DNA of 64,000 nucleotides from Angustibacter luteus. Lineage in GTDB: Bacteria > Actinomycetota > Actinomycetes > Actinomycetales > Angustibacteraceae. Of the stretch, positions 9,675 to 18,978 are shown in pieces. The position numbers and the translations under genes were made by a program. Every line of letters starts with the position of its first letter. Position 1 is the first letter of the stretch. The stretch is taken from the NCBI RefSeq assembly GCF_039541115.1, contig NZ_BAABFP010000004.1:62001-126000 (forward strand), written 5' to 3'. The notes beneath the pieces were generated by a model that worked only from the letters and a program-made list of their open reading frames with translations, was not told the origin of the DNA and ran no database searches.

Positions 9675-9821
9675 ATGATTCTCCTCGGCATCATCCTGAT
9701 CATCGTCGGGCTGGTCGTCGCCAGCCTGCACGTCCTGCTCTGGATCGGGGTCATCCTGCTGCTCGTCGGCCTGGTGCTGAACTTCGTGCCGATCGGCGGC
9801 TCGCGACGTCGGGTCTTCTAG
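9675..9821 (+). CDS. 48-aa two-helix membrane protein (DUF6131-like)
   Basis: MILLGIILIIVGLVVASLHVLLWIGVILLLVGLVLNFVPIGGSRRRVF; SD GAGAGG; below the ORF-track cutoff. Confidence 0.85.
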   Translation: MILLGIILIIVGLVVASLHVLLWIGVILLLVGLVLNFVPIGGSRRRVF

Positions 9822-9857
9822 CGGACGTCGCGCCGCACGCGACGGCGCGCCTGGACG

Positions 9858-9899
9858 AGGGTGGGGCACCGCGGGGGCTGAATTTCGGTGCCTCACCCT
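9858..9899 (+). terminator. hairpin after the small membrane gene
   Basis: AGGGTGGGGCACCG...CGGTGCCTCACCCT. Confidence 0.6.
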
Positions 9900-9953
9900 T
9901 CTCGTCCCCTCGTGTCGTGCGTACCGCGGCCGCCGCTCGCGCATAATCGCCGC

Positions 9954-10478
9954 GTGAGCACGCCACCCCCCGAGCCGACGCAGCCGACGCAGCCGACGCA
10001 GGCGTTCGCGTCCCCGTCCCCGCTGCCGGCGCACCAGCAGTACCCGCAGTACCAGCAGCCGTACGCTCCGACGTCGTCCTGGCAGCCGCCAGCCCAGCCC
10101 CCGCGCGGGGAGTCCGGCGCGACCAGGGTCATCGCGATCGTCGCCCTGGTGCTCGCCGCGCTGGCCTGCCTGGGCGTCCTCGTGGTGTTCGTCGTCACCA
10201 TGGTGTCCGGCGTCGGCATCGACGCCGGGGGCGACCTCGAGGGCACCGCCCCGCAGGTCGTCGCGGGCCAGCCCTACTCCGGGGAGGCGCTCGCGGCGGA
10301 GGTCCAGCACGTGTTCGAGTACGAGGGCTGGAGCGTCGACTCGATGGACTGCCCTGACACCCCACGAGTGGACTACGACGCGCAGACCACCTGCCACGGC
10401 GTCGTTGACGACTACGAGGAGAACGTGACCGTCGACTTCCAGGACGCCGAGGGGCACTTCAAGGTCTTCGAGGAGTAG
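9954..10478 (+). CDS. membrane protein with Pro/Gln-rich N-terminus and DUF4333-like domain
   Basis: PQ-rich head, one TM helix, C-terminal MDCP...TTC...VTVDFQDAEG; CATAAT 6 nt before GTG. Confidence 0.7.
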   Translation: MSTPPPEPTQPTQPTQAFASPSPLPAHQQYPQYQQPYAPTSSWQPPAQPPRGESGATRVIAIVALVLAALACLGVLVVFVVTMVSGVGIDAGGDLEGTAPQVVAGQPYSGEALAAEVQHVFEYEGWSVDSMDCPDTPRVDYDAQTTCHGVVDDYEENVTVDFQDAEGHFKVFEE

Positions 10479-10494
10479 CGCGTAGCGTCGCAGG

Positions 10495-11940
10495 ATGACG
10501 AACCCGGACGCTCCCGCGCAGATCGGCGTCACCGGCCTGGCCGTGATGGGCCGCAACCTCGCCCGCAACCTCGCCCGGCACGGCTTCACGGTCGCGCTGC
10601 ACAACCGCACCCACGCGCGCACCGAGAGCCTGGTCGCCGAGCACGGCGACGAGGGCACCTTCGTTCCCAGCGAGCGCCTCGAGGACTTCGTCGCGAGCCT
10701 CGAGCGACCACGGGCGATCATCGTCATGGTCAAGGCCGGTGGGCCGACCGACGCGGTGGTCGACGAGCTCGTGCCCCTGCTGGACGAGGGCGACATCGTC
10801 ATCGACTGCGGCAACGCGCACTTCGCCGACACGCGGCGCCGCGAGCAGGCGCTGTCCGAGCACGGCCTGCACTTCGTCGGCGCCGGGGTGTCCGGTGGTG
10901 AGGTGGGCGCCCTGGAGGGGCCGTCGATCATGCCCGGCGGGTCGGCGCAGTCGTACGAGAAGCTCGGCCCGATCTTCGAGTCCATCGCCGCCCAGGTCGA
11001 CGGCACGCCCTGCTGCGTGCACGTCGGCCCGGACGGCGCCGGGCACTTCGTCAAGATGGTGCACAACGGCATCGAGTACGCCGACATGCAGCTCATCGCC
11101 GAGGCCTACGACCTGCTGCGCAGCGGCCTGGGGGCGGCGCCCGCCCAGATCGCCGACACCTTCCGTGAGTGGAACTCAGGCGACCTGGAGTCCTTCCTCA
11201 TCGAGATCACCGCCGACGTCCTGGCGCACACGGACGCCGCGACCGGCGAGGCCTTCGTGGACGTCGTCCTGGACCAGGCCGAGCAGAAGGGCACCGGCCG
11301 CTGGACCGTGCAGAACGCCCTCGAGCTCGGGGTGCCGATCACCGGCATCGCCGAGGCGACGTTCGCCCGGTCACTGTCCGGGCACGCCGAGCAGCGGGCC
11401 GCCGCCGCGCAGGCGTTCGCCACGCCCGCCGAGGAGGGCTTCGCTGACGACCCGCAGGCGTTCACGGACGACGTCCGCAAGGCGCTGTACGCGAGCAAGG
11501 TCGTCGCGTACGCGCAGGGCTTCGACCACATCGCAGCGGGCAGCGACGAGTACGGCTGGGACGTCGACCCCGGTGCCATGGCGACGATCTGGCGCGGCGG
11601 CTGCATCATCCGGGCCAAGTTCCTGGACCGGATCCGGGAGGCGTACGACGACCAGCCGGACCTGCCGACCCTGCTGGTCGCGCCCTACTTCGCCGCCGCC
11701 GTGCAGGACGGGGTGGACAGCTGGCGGCGCGTGGTCGCGGCGGCGGCCCGGGCCGGCATCCCGACCCCGGCGTTCTCGTCGTCCCTGGCCTACTTCGACG
11801 CGCTGCGCCGGCCTCGGCTTCCGGCGGCCCTCATCCAGGGGCTGCGAGACAACTTCGGCGCGCACACCTACCGCCGGGTCGACCGGGACGGCACGTTCCA
11901 CACCGAGTGGTCGCAGGACCTCGTCGAGCACGAGGCCTGA
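10495..11940 (+). CDS. gndA: NADP-dependent 6-phosphogluconate dehydrogenase
   Basis: GLAVMGRNLA, NRT, VKMVHNGIEY, QKGTGRW, RDNFGAHTY. Confidence 0.97.
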   Translation: MTNPDAPAQIGVTGLAVMGRNLARNLARHGFTVALHNRTHARTESLVAEHGDEGTFVPSERLEDFVASLERPRAIIVMVKAGGPTDAVVDELVPLLDEGDIVIDCGNAHFADTRRREQALSEHGLHFVGAGVSGGEVGALEGPSIMPGGSAQSYEKLGPIFESIAAQVDGTPCCVHVGPDGAGHFVKMVHNGIEYADMQLIAEAYDLLRSGLGAAPAQIADTFREWNSGDLESFLIEITADVLAHTDAATGEAFVDVVLDQAEQKGTGRWTVQNALELGVPITGIAEATFARSLSGHAEQRAAAAQAFATPAEEGFADDPQAFTDDVRKALYASKVVAYAQGFDHIAAGSDEYGWDVDPGAMATIWRGGCIIRAKFLDRIREAYDDQPDLPTLLVAPYFAAAVQDGVDSWRRVVAAAARAGIPTPAFSSSLAYFDALRRPRLPAALIQGLRDNFGAHTYRRVDRDGTFHTEWSQDLVEHEA

Positions 11941-11947
11941 GGCGCCG

Positions 11948-12250
11948 TCAGCAGTGGTCGGACTTGCTGACCTTCGTCGCCTTCGCCGTGCTCGCGGTGC
12001 CCTCGGTCGCGGCGTAGGTCACGGTCACGCAGTCGCCGGCGGCGAGGTCCCTCTCCGACGTACCCTCCGCTTCGGTGGTGACGAAGCACATTCCCTTGGC
12101 CTCGGCCGCGCCCACGCAGAAGGCCGGGATGGTGCTCGTCACCCGTCCCGTGAGGACCTCGTCGCTCGTGCTGCCACCCGAGCACGCCGGAAGGACCGCC
12201 AGGCAGGCGGCCGACACCAGGGTTGCGAGAACCGCACCTTTGCCGTTCAT
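11948..12250 (-). CDS. putative small Cys-containing lipoprotein
   Basis: MNGK + hydrophobic stretch + LPAC lipobox; four further Cys. Confidence 0.6.
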   Translation of the reverse strand: MNGKGAVLATLVSAACLAVLPACSGGSTSDEVLTGRVTSTIPAFCVGAAEAKGMCFVTTEAEGTSERDLAAGDCVTVTYAATEGTASTAKATKVSKSDHC

Positions 12251-12346
12251 AGCGACGTTGATCGGCTGCCGCGCGGGCGAGGTTGAGCCTGCCGGGGCCC
12301 GGAACCACCCGGATGGCGTGACGGTGGGCGCCGCTAGTCTCCCGGG

Positions 12347-14152
12347 ATGAGCGAGATGCCCGACTGGGAGGCCCGGTTCCGCGCCCGCCGCCTCGGTCTG
12401 CCCGACTTCGCGCGCGACGACGACCGGCGCACGGTCGTACCGGCGACGACGTCGGCGGGCACCCTCGAGCTGCACTGGTGGTCGGTCGGGGACGACGAGC
12501 CCGTGCCCGCGACGGACCGACCGGAGGGCACCGCCCACGGCATCCTGCACCCGAGCGGGCACGCCCTGTGGTGGTTCGACGACCGCAAGGGCGACGAGAA
12601 GGGCGTCTGGCAGCGGCAGGACTTCGGCTCGGCGCCGGGCTCGCACACGGACGCGACCGGGCTGCCGCACGCGTACAGCTCGGGCCTGGCTCTGGGCGAC
12701 GGCCTCGCGGTGGTCGGCAGCAGCGACGACGACTACGGCGTGCGCGTGCACGTGGTCGCCGCGGACGGCGCAGCGCGCGTGCTCTACGAGCACGAGGAGG
12801 AGGCCTACGTCGGTGACCTGTCCCGCGACGAGTCGCTGCTGGTGATCGCGCACAGCGAGCACGGCGACTCGCGGCACCCAGCGTTGCGGGTGGTGCGCGT
12901 GGACGACGGGACGACGGTCGGCGACCTGTGGGACGGCGCCGGTAAGGGTCTCGAGCCCGCGGGCTTCTCCCCGCTGGCCGGCGACCAGCGGATGCTCGCG
13001 GTGCACGAGCGCGACGGCGTCCCCGCGCTGCTGGTCTGGGACCCGGTGTCGGGCGCCGAGCAGCTCGTCGCGATCGACCTGCCCGGCGAGGTCGAGGACG
13101 CGGACTGGTGGCCCGACGCTGGCAGCGTGGTCGTCGCCCTGTCCCACGAGGCCCGCACCACGCTGGTCCGGGTGCAGCTGGATTCCCTTGCCGCGCAACG
13201 GTTCGGACCGACGTCCGGCACCGTGCGGTCGATGGCGGTGCGAGACGACGGCGAGGTGTGGGCGGGGTGGTCGTCCGCGGCGCAGCCGGCCACCGTGCGC
13301 CGGCTGGACGTCACGCGCCAGGACGAGGGCGAGGTACTGCTCGCGCCGCCCGGCGCCGCGGCGCCGCCGTCCGTGCCGGTCGAGGACGTCTGGGTCGAGG
13401 GCCCCGGCGGGCGCATCCACGCGCTGCTGCGCCGCCCGGCGGTCGACCTGGTCGCACCGCCGCGCCCCCTGCCTCTGGTGATCGAGGTGCACGGCGGCCC
13501 GACGCACCACGACGTGGACGCCTTCGGCGCCTACCCGAGCGCCTGGGTCGACCACGGCTACGCGGTGGTGCAGGTCAACTACCGCGGCTCGACGGGCTAC
13601 GGCTCGGCCTGGCGCGACGCCTTGGAGGCGCGGGTCGGGCACGTCGAGCTGGAGGACGTGCTCGCCGTGCGCGACCACCTCGTCGAGATCGGCTTCGCGG
13701 ACCCGACCAAGGTCGTGCTCGCGGGCGCCTCCTGGGGCGGCTACCTCACGCTGCTCGGGCTGGGTACCCAGCCGGACTCCTGGGCGCTGGGACTCGCCGG
13801 CGTGCCGGTGGCCGACTACGTCGCCGCGTACGAGGACGAGATGGAGGGGCTCAAGGCCTTCGACCGGTCGCTGTTCGGTGGCTCGCCGGCGGAGGTCCCC
13901 GAGCGGTACGTCGACTCCAGCCCGATCACCTACGTCGACGCCGTGCAGGTGCCCGTGCTGGTGCTGGCCGGCGAGAACGACCCCCGCTGCCCGATCCGGC
14001 AGATCGAGAACTACCTGGCCCGGCTCGACGCGCGCGGCGTGCCGCACGGCGTGTACCGGTACGACGCCGGGCACGGGTCGCTGGTGGACGACGAGCGCGT
14101 CCGGCAGATGCGCGTCGAGCTGGACTTCGTGCTGGCGCACCTGGGGGCCTGA
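12347..14152 (+). CDS. S9 family (prolyl oligopeptidase/acylaminoacyl) peptidase
   Basis: HGGP, NYRGSTGYG, GASWGG, NDPRC and GH; N-terminal propeller-like region. Confidence 0.93.
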   Translation: MSEMPDWEARFRARRLGLPDFARDDDRRTVVPATTSAGTLELHWWSVGDDEPVPATDRPEGTAHGILHPSGHALWWFDDRKGDEKGVWQRQDFGSAPGSHTDATGLPHAYSSGLALGDGLAVVGSSDDDYGVRVHVVAADGAARVLYEHEEEAYVGDLSRDESLLVIAHSEHGDSRHPALRVVRVDDGTTVGDLWDGAGKGLEPAGFSPLAGDQRMLAVHERDGVPALLVWDPVSGAEQLVAIDLPGEVEDADWWPDAGSVVVALSHEARTTLVRVQLDSLAAQRFGPTSGTVRSMAVRDDGEVWAGWSSAAQPATVRRLDVTRQDEGEVLLAPPGAAAPPSVPVEDVWVEGPGGRIHALLRRPAVDLVAPPRPLPLVIEVHGGPTHHDVDAFGAYPSAWVDHGYAVVQVNYRGSTGYGSAWRDALEARVGHVELEDVLAVRDHLVEIGFADPTKVVLAGASWGGYLTLLGLGTQPDSWALGLAGVPVADYVAAYEDEMEGLKAFDRSLFGGSPAEVPERYVDSSPITYVDAVQVPVLVLAGENDPRCPIRQIENYLARLDARGVPHGVYRYDAGHGSLVDDERVRQMRVELDFVLAHLGA

Positions 14153-14153
14153 G

Positions 14154-15209
14154 ATGAGCGCCGGACCCGGGACGCCGCTGCTGATGGCCGTCGACGGCAA
14201 CAGCCTGCTGCACCGGGCGCACCACGCGCACGAGCACAGCGGCCAGCGTGACCTGGCCGGGCACCCGACCTGGGGGCTGCGTGGGATGGTCGCGGCGATC
14301 GGTGGGGCGGCGGCGCGCCTCGGCCCGGACGCCGTCGTCGTCGGCTTCGACTGCCCCGTCGCCTCGGTCCGGCGCGAGGAGTACCCCGAGTACAAGGCGG
14401 GCCGCGCCGCCAAACCGGACGACCTGGTGGAGCAGCTGGCCGGAGCCGTGGACCTGTTGCGGCGGTGCGGTTTCGCCGTCGTCCAGCACGAGGGGTGGGA
14501 GGCGGACGACGTCCTGTCGTCCGCTGCGGCGCTGGCCCGGGGGCACGACTGGCGGTGCACCGTGGTGACCAGCGACCGCGACTCGTTCGCGCTGATCGAC
14601 GAGAGCACGTCGGTGCTGCGGATCATCGCTGGCGGGGTGGACGCCTCCCCGCTGCTCACCCCCGCCCGGCTGCCCCTGCTGTGCGGGGTGCAGGCCGGCC
14701 AGTACCGCGACTACGCCGCGCTGCGGGGCGACGTGTCCGACAACCTGCCGGGCGCGAACGGCATCGGCGCCAAGACGGCCGCCAAGCTGCTGCAGTCGTT
14801 TCCCGGGGTCGCGCAGGTGTACGCGGCGATCGACGGCGGCCGCGAGGAGGAGGTCGTGGCGGCGGTCGGGGCCGCGGCGTGCCGGCGCCTGGCCGAGCCG
14901 CAGGCCCGGGCGAACGTGACGCGAAACCTGCGCCTGATGGCGATGCGCGTCGACCTGCCCATGCCGGGCCTGGACGCGATGCGGGTGCCGATGGACCTCG
15001 TGCGCATGCAGACCGCGCTGCTCGAGCGCGACATCCGGCTCGGGCCGTCCCTGTGGGCGCTGACCGGCAGCGCACCGCCGGGCGAGGACTCGTGGGCGCG
15101 CATCGCCGAGCAGGAGGACGTCGCCCCGCCGGCCGTCGCGAGCCCGACCGCCGCCCCGGTGGCGGTCGCCGAGCCCGTCGTCGAGGACGACCAGCTCAGC
15201 CTGTTCTGA
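14154..15209 (+). CDS. stand-alone 5'-3' exonuclease/flap endonuclease (PolA N-terminal-like)
   Basis: VDGNSL, YKAGR, EADD, TSDRD and H3TH GDVSDNLPGANGIGAKTA; no polymerase domain. Confidence 0.92.
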   Translation: MSAGPGTPLLMAVDGNSLLHRAHHAHEHSGQRDLAGHPTWGLRGMVAAIGGAAARLGPDAVVVGFDCPVASVRREEYPEYKAGRAAKPDDLVEQLAGAVDLLRRCGFAVVQHEGWEADDVLSSAAALARGHDWRCTVVTSDRDSFALIDESTSVLRIIAGGVDASPLLTPARLPLLCGVQAGQYRDYAALRGDVSDNLPGANGIGAKTAAKLLQSFPGVAQVYAAIDGGREEEVVAAVGAAACRRLAEPQARANVTRNLRLMAMRVDLPMPGLDAMRVPMDLVRMQTALLERDIRLGPSLWALTGSAPPGEDSWARIAEQEDVAPPAVASPTAAPVAVAEPVVEDDQLSLF

Positions 15210-15225
15210 GGGTCGTTCACCACGC

Positions 15226-15261
15226 GAAGCGGGGGTGGCACTGCTGAACGTGATCCACGTC
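15226..15261. repeat. 36-bp dispersed repeat, copy 1
   Basis: GAAGCGGG-N10-CTGAACGTGATCCACGTC; second copy at 44205-44240. Confidence 0.55.
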
Positions 15262-15268
15262 CGGCCGG

Positions 15269-16540
15269 TCAGCGGCCGGTGCCCCCGTAGACGACGGCCT
15301 CGACCTCGAGGGCGTCCAGGCCGAACGCGGTGTGCACGGCGCGGACGGCGGCGTCGACGTCCTCCGCGCGGGTGACCACCGAGATGCGGATCTCGGACGT
15401 CGAGATCATCTCGATGTTGACGCCGGTGAGCGCGAGCGCCTCAAAGAAGGTGGCAGAGACGCCGGGGTGGGTGCGCATGCCGGCACCGACGAGCGAGACC
15501 TTGCCGATCTGGTCGTCGTACTGCAGAGCAGCGAATCCGACCTCGGCCTGGATGCCTTCAAGCGTGGACATCGCGATCACGCCGTCGGTCTTGGGCAGGG
15601 TGAACGAGACGTCGGTCAGGCCCGTCGAGGCGGCCGAGACGTTCTGCACGATCATGTCGATGTTGATCTCGGCGCGGGCGACGGCCTGGAAGATGGCGGC
15701 GGCCTTGCCCGGCTGGTCCGGGACGCCGACGACGGTGATCTTGGCCTCGCTGCGGTCGTGCGAGACGCCCGAGATGATCGCCTGCTCCATGTCCTGACCT
15801 TCCGTGTCCGTGTCGATGACCCAGGTGCCTTCGCGCGTGCTGAACGAGGACCGGACGTGGACCGGCATCCGGTACCGGCGCGCGTACTCGACGCAGCGCA
15901 GGTGCAGCACCTTGGTGCCGCACGCCGCCATCTCGAGCATCTCCTCGCTGGTGATCCGGGCGATCCGCCGGGCGTTCGGCACGATCCGCGGGTCGGCGGT
16001 GAACACGCCGTCCACGTCGGTGTAGATCTCGCAGACGTCGGCGCCGAGCGCGGCGGCCAGCGCCACCGCGGTGGTGTCCGAGGCGCCCCGCCCGAGGGTG
16101 GTGATCTCCTTGGTGTCCTGGCTGACGCCCTGGAAGCCGGCGACGATGGCGACGTGACCCTCGTCGATGGCCTGCCGGATCCGGCCGGGCGTGATGTCGA
16201 TGATCCGGGCCTTGCCGTGGGCGGAGTCCGTGATGACGCCGGCCTGGCTGCCGGTGTAGGAGCGGGCCTGGTGGCCGAGGTCGTGGATGGCCATGGCGAC
16301 GAGCGCCATCGAGATGCGCTCGCCCGCGGTGAGCAGCATGTCGAGCTCGCGGGCCGGGGGCAGCGGCGAGACCTGCTGGGCGAGGTCGCGCAGGTCGTCG
16401 GTGGTGTCACCCATGGCGGACACGACCACGACCACCTGGTTGCCGGCCTGGGCGGTGTCGACGATGCGGCGCGCCACCCGCTTGATGCTCTCGGCGTCAG
16501 CGACGGAGGATCCGCCGTACTTCTGCACGACCAAGCCCAC
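15269..16540 (-). CDS. ask: aspartate kinase
   Basis: [27 protein letters not shown], two ACT domains, VYGGTGR end. Confidence 0.97.
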   Translation of the reverse strand: MGLVVQKYGGSSVADAESIKRVARRIVDTAQAGNQVVVVVSAMGDTTDDLRDLAQQVSPLPPARELDMLLTAGERISMALVAMAIHDLGHQARSYTGSQAGVITDSAHGKARIIDITPGRIRQAIDEGHVAIVAGFQGVSQDTKEITTLGRGASDTTAVALAAALGADVCEIYTDVDGVFTADPRIVPNARRIARITSEEMLEMAACGTKVLHLRCVEYARRYRMPVHVRSSFSTREGTWVIDTDTEGQDMEQAIISGVSHDRSEAKITVVGVPDQPGKAAAIFQAVARAEINIDMIVQNVSAASTGLTDVSFTLPKTDGVIAMSTLEGIQAEVGFAALQYDDQIGKVSLVGAGMRTHPGVSATFFEALALTGVNIEMISTSEIRISVVTRAEDVDAAVRAVHTAFGLDALEVEAVVYGGTGR

Positions 16541-16581
16541 CGTGACCTCCGGGACGACGCGAAACGACTGCGTCGTCAAGT

Positions 16582-17232
16582 CTAACCAGCGGGCGGTGTC
16601 GTCACGTCGCCGCCCGGATCGCGAGACGGCTGTCTCGCGGTGGCGCGCCACTGGCCGAGCCAGGCGACTGCGAGCGACAGCAGCATCATCAGTGCGGCCA
16701 GCGCCACCGCGTACGTCGCGACCCGCCCGTACCCCCCCGTCTCGCGGGGGTCCAGGAACGGGTACGGGTACCAGTCCACGACGGGCCCACGCAGCAACGA
16801 GTAGGCGAAGTAGGCCAGGGGGAACCCGAGCCAGCCCAGCGCCAGGCGCCACGACGCCCGCGGCCACGGAGGCAGCAGCAGCCAGTCGACCAGCACGACC
16901 ACGGGCGTCACCCGGTGCAGCACGGAGTTGATCCACGGCTCGGTGAGCCCGACGTCCTGGTTCGACAGCAGCACCGCGTAGACGATCCCGGTGATGACGA
17001 GGTACAACGTCGCCGCGCCACGCAGGGCGGCCCACCTCGGTCCGGTCGGTGCGCGGAGCCCACCGACGAGCAGCACCACGATCCCGAGCACGTTGCTGAG
17101 AATCGTGAAGAAGCTGAAGAAGTTGCCCGCACTGCCCGTCCGGGCGTCGAACGCGGCCCCGAGCGCGACGGCGTCCAGGACTGCGAACCCGACCCGGGCG
17201 ATCCGTCCGACCGTGAGTCCCGGGACCGACAT
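16582..17232 (-). CDS. Pr6Pr-family membrane protein
   Basis: [28 protein letters not shown]. Confidence 0.85.
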   Translation of the reverse strand: MSVPGLTVGRIARVGFAVLDAVALGAAFDARTGSAGNFFSFFTILSNVLGIVVLLVGGLRAPTGPRWAALRGAATLYLVITGIVYAVLLSNQDVGLTEPWINSVLHRVTPVVVLVDWLLLPPWPRASWRLALGWLGFPLAYFAYSLLRGPVVDWYPYPFLDPRETGGYGRVATYAVALAALMMLLSLAVAWLGQWRATARQPSRDPGGDVTTPPAG

Positions 17233-17284
17233 AGGCGCAGTCTGACGCACGCGCGCCGTCGGCGACCAGCGCTACGGTCACCGC

Positions 17285-17692
17285 ATGAGCCTTCGCCCCG
17301 CCGTCATCGAGCTCGTCGTCTCGGACCTGGCCGCGTCCATCGCCTTCTACCGGCGCCTGGGCCTCGAGCTGCCGGAGGACGGGTCTGCCCCGCACGTCGA
17401 GGTCGAGCTCGGGGGTGGTCTGCGCCTAGCGCTCGACACGGTCGAGACGATCCGCAGCTTCGACCCAGGCTGGACGCCGCCGACCGGCGGGCACCGGGTC
17501 GCCCTCGCCTTCGCCTGCGACAGCCCGGCGGACGTCGACGTCAACTACCGGCGACTGACCGACCTCGGGTACGCCGGGCACCTGGCGCCGTTCGACGCCG
17601 TCTGGGGTCAGCGGTACGCGGTCATCCATGACCCGGACGGCAACCCGGTCGACCTGTTCGCCGCCACGGTCTCGCCGGACTCAGCTGGCTGA
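17285..17692 (+). CDS. VOC/glyoxalase family protein
   Basis: [35 protein letters not shown]. Confidence 0.9.
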   Translation: MSLRPAVIELVVSDLAASIAFYRRLGLELPEDGSAPHVEVELGGGLRLALDTVETIRSFDPGWTPPTGGHRVALAFACDSPADVDVNYRRLTDLGYAGHLAPFDAVWGQRYAVIHDPDGNPVDLFAATVSPDSAG

Positions 17693-17717
17693 GCGGGCGG
17701 TCAGCGGCGCCGGGCCG

Positions 17718-18317
17718 TCACGGGTGCAGGGCGTCGAACTCGGCGTCCGCGACGAGCTCGTCGTCGGCGTCCAGCCGCAGGTGCGCCAGGATCGACTGGA
17801 CGACGCGCAGCGCGCTGGCCGCGCGGGTGCCCCAGCTCGACAGGTAGGAGAACTGCCACCACCACAGCGCCTCGTCCACCCGGCCGGCCTCGAAGTGCCG
17901 CAGCCCGTGCGAGAGGTCCGAGGCGACGGTCGCGAGGTCGCCCGACAGCGAGCCGGCGACGACCTCGCCGGACACCACCGGGTCCACGACGTCCGCGTAC
18001 TCGTCCAGCCCGACCAGCACGTTGGACAGCGCCCCGTGCAGCGGGTCGACGTCCGGCTCGGGCCCGGAGTCCGGCTCGAACCGCTCGGTCGGGATCACGT
18101 CGCCGATGGCGCCCAGCCGGGCACCGGCCACCAGCACCTGGCTGACGGCGAGCAGCACGATCGGCAGCGCCACGTCCGGGCTGGTGCCGCTGGCCACGGT
18201 CGTCGTCGCCTCGAGGTAGGCGCGCACGTCGATCGCGGTGTCGGCGGCCAGGCGGGTCAGCTCGCCACGCTCGTTCTCGACCGCGTCGCGCGCGCGGCTC
18301 TGCGGTGCGTCAGACAT
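17718..18317 (-). CDS. DUF5063 domain protein
   Basis: [15 protein letters not shown]; usual neighbour of recR. Confidence 0.85.
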   Translation of the reverse strand: MSDAPQSRARDAVENERGELTRLAADTAIDVRAYLEATTTVASGTSPDVALPIVLLAVSQVLVAGARLGAIGDVIPTERFEPDSGPEPDVDPLHGALSNVLVGLDEYADVVDPVVSGEVVAGSLSGDLATVASDLSHGLRHFEAGRVDEALWWWQFSYLSSWGTRAASALRVVQSILAHLRLDADDELVADAEFDALHP

Positions 18318-18909
18318 CCAGCAGTCTCCGTCCTTCGAAGGCTCGGCCCAGGGTGATCTCGTCCGCGTACTCCAGGTCGCCGCCGACCGGCAGGCCCGAG
18401 GCGATCCGGGTGACGCGGAGCCCCATCGGGCGCAGCAGCCGGGCCAGGTAGGTCGCCGTCGCCTCGCCCTCGAGGTTCGGGTCGGTCGCGATGATGACCT
18501 CGGTGACCACGCCGTCAGCCAGCCTGGTCATCAGCTCGCGGGTGCGCAAGTCGTCCGGACCCACCCCGTCGATCGGGCTGATGGCACCGCCGAGCACGTG
18601 GTAGCGCCCGCGGAACTCACGGGTCTTCTCGATGGCGACGACGTCCTTCGGCTCCTCGACGACGCAGAGCACCGTGGGGTCGCGGCGGGCGTCGCGGCAG
18701 ATCCGGCACAGCTCGTCCTCGGAGACGTTGCCGCAGACGGCGCAGAACCGGACCTTGTCCTTGACCTCGGTGAGCGCCGTGACGAGCCGGCGCACGTCGG
18801 CCGGCTCGGCGGCCAGCAGGTGGAACGCGATCCGCTGGGCACTCTTCGGACCGACCCCGGGCAACCGCCCGAGCTCGTCGATCAGGTCCTGGACCACACC
18901 CTCGTACAC
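18310..18909 (-). CDS. recR: recombination mediator RecR
   Basis: [14 protein letters not shown]4 zinc finger, Toprim YHVLGG...NLEGEAT. Confidence 0.97.
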   Translation of the reverse strand: MYEGVVQDLIDELGRLPGVGPKSAQRIAFHLLAAEPADVRRLVTALTEVKDKVRFCAVCGNVSEDELCRICRDARRDPTVLCVVEEPKDVVAIEKTREFRGRYHVLGGAISPIDGVGPDDLRTRELMTRLADGVVTEVIIATDPNLEGEATATYLARLLRPMGLRVTRIASGLPVGGDLEYADEITLGRAFEGRRLLDV

Positions 18910-18978
18910 ACCGGGCAGCCTACGTCCTCGCACCGACGTTCACGGACGGCGCCACCGACGGCTCGCCGCCCGTCTGGG

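Noticed and set aside
12251..14659. 903-aa minus-strand ORF (11948-14659) and similar long ORFs (4732-6765, 62215-63975, 21491-23296)
   Set aside because: Antisense or off-frame shadows typical of high-GC DNA. They have no recognisable motifs and overlap clear genes.
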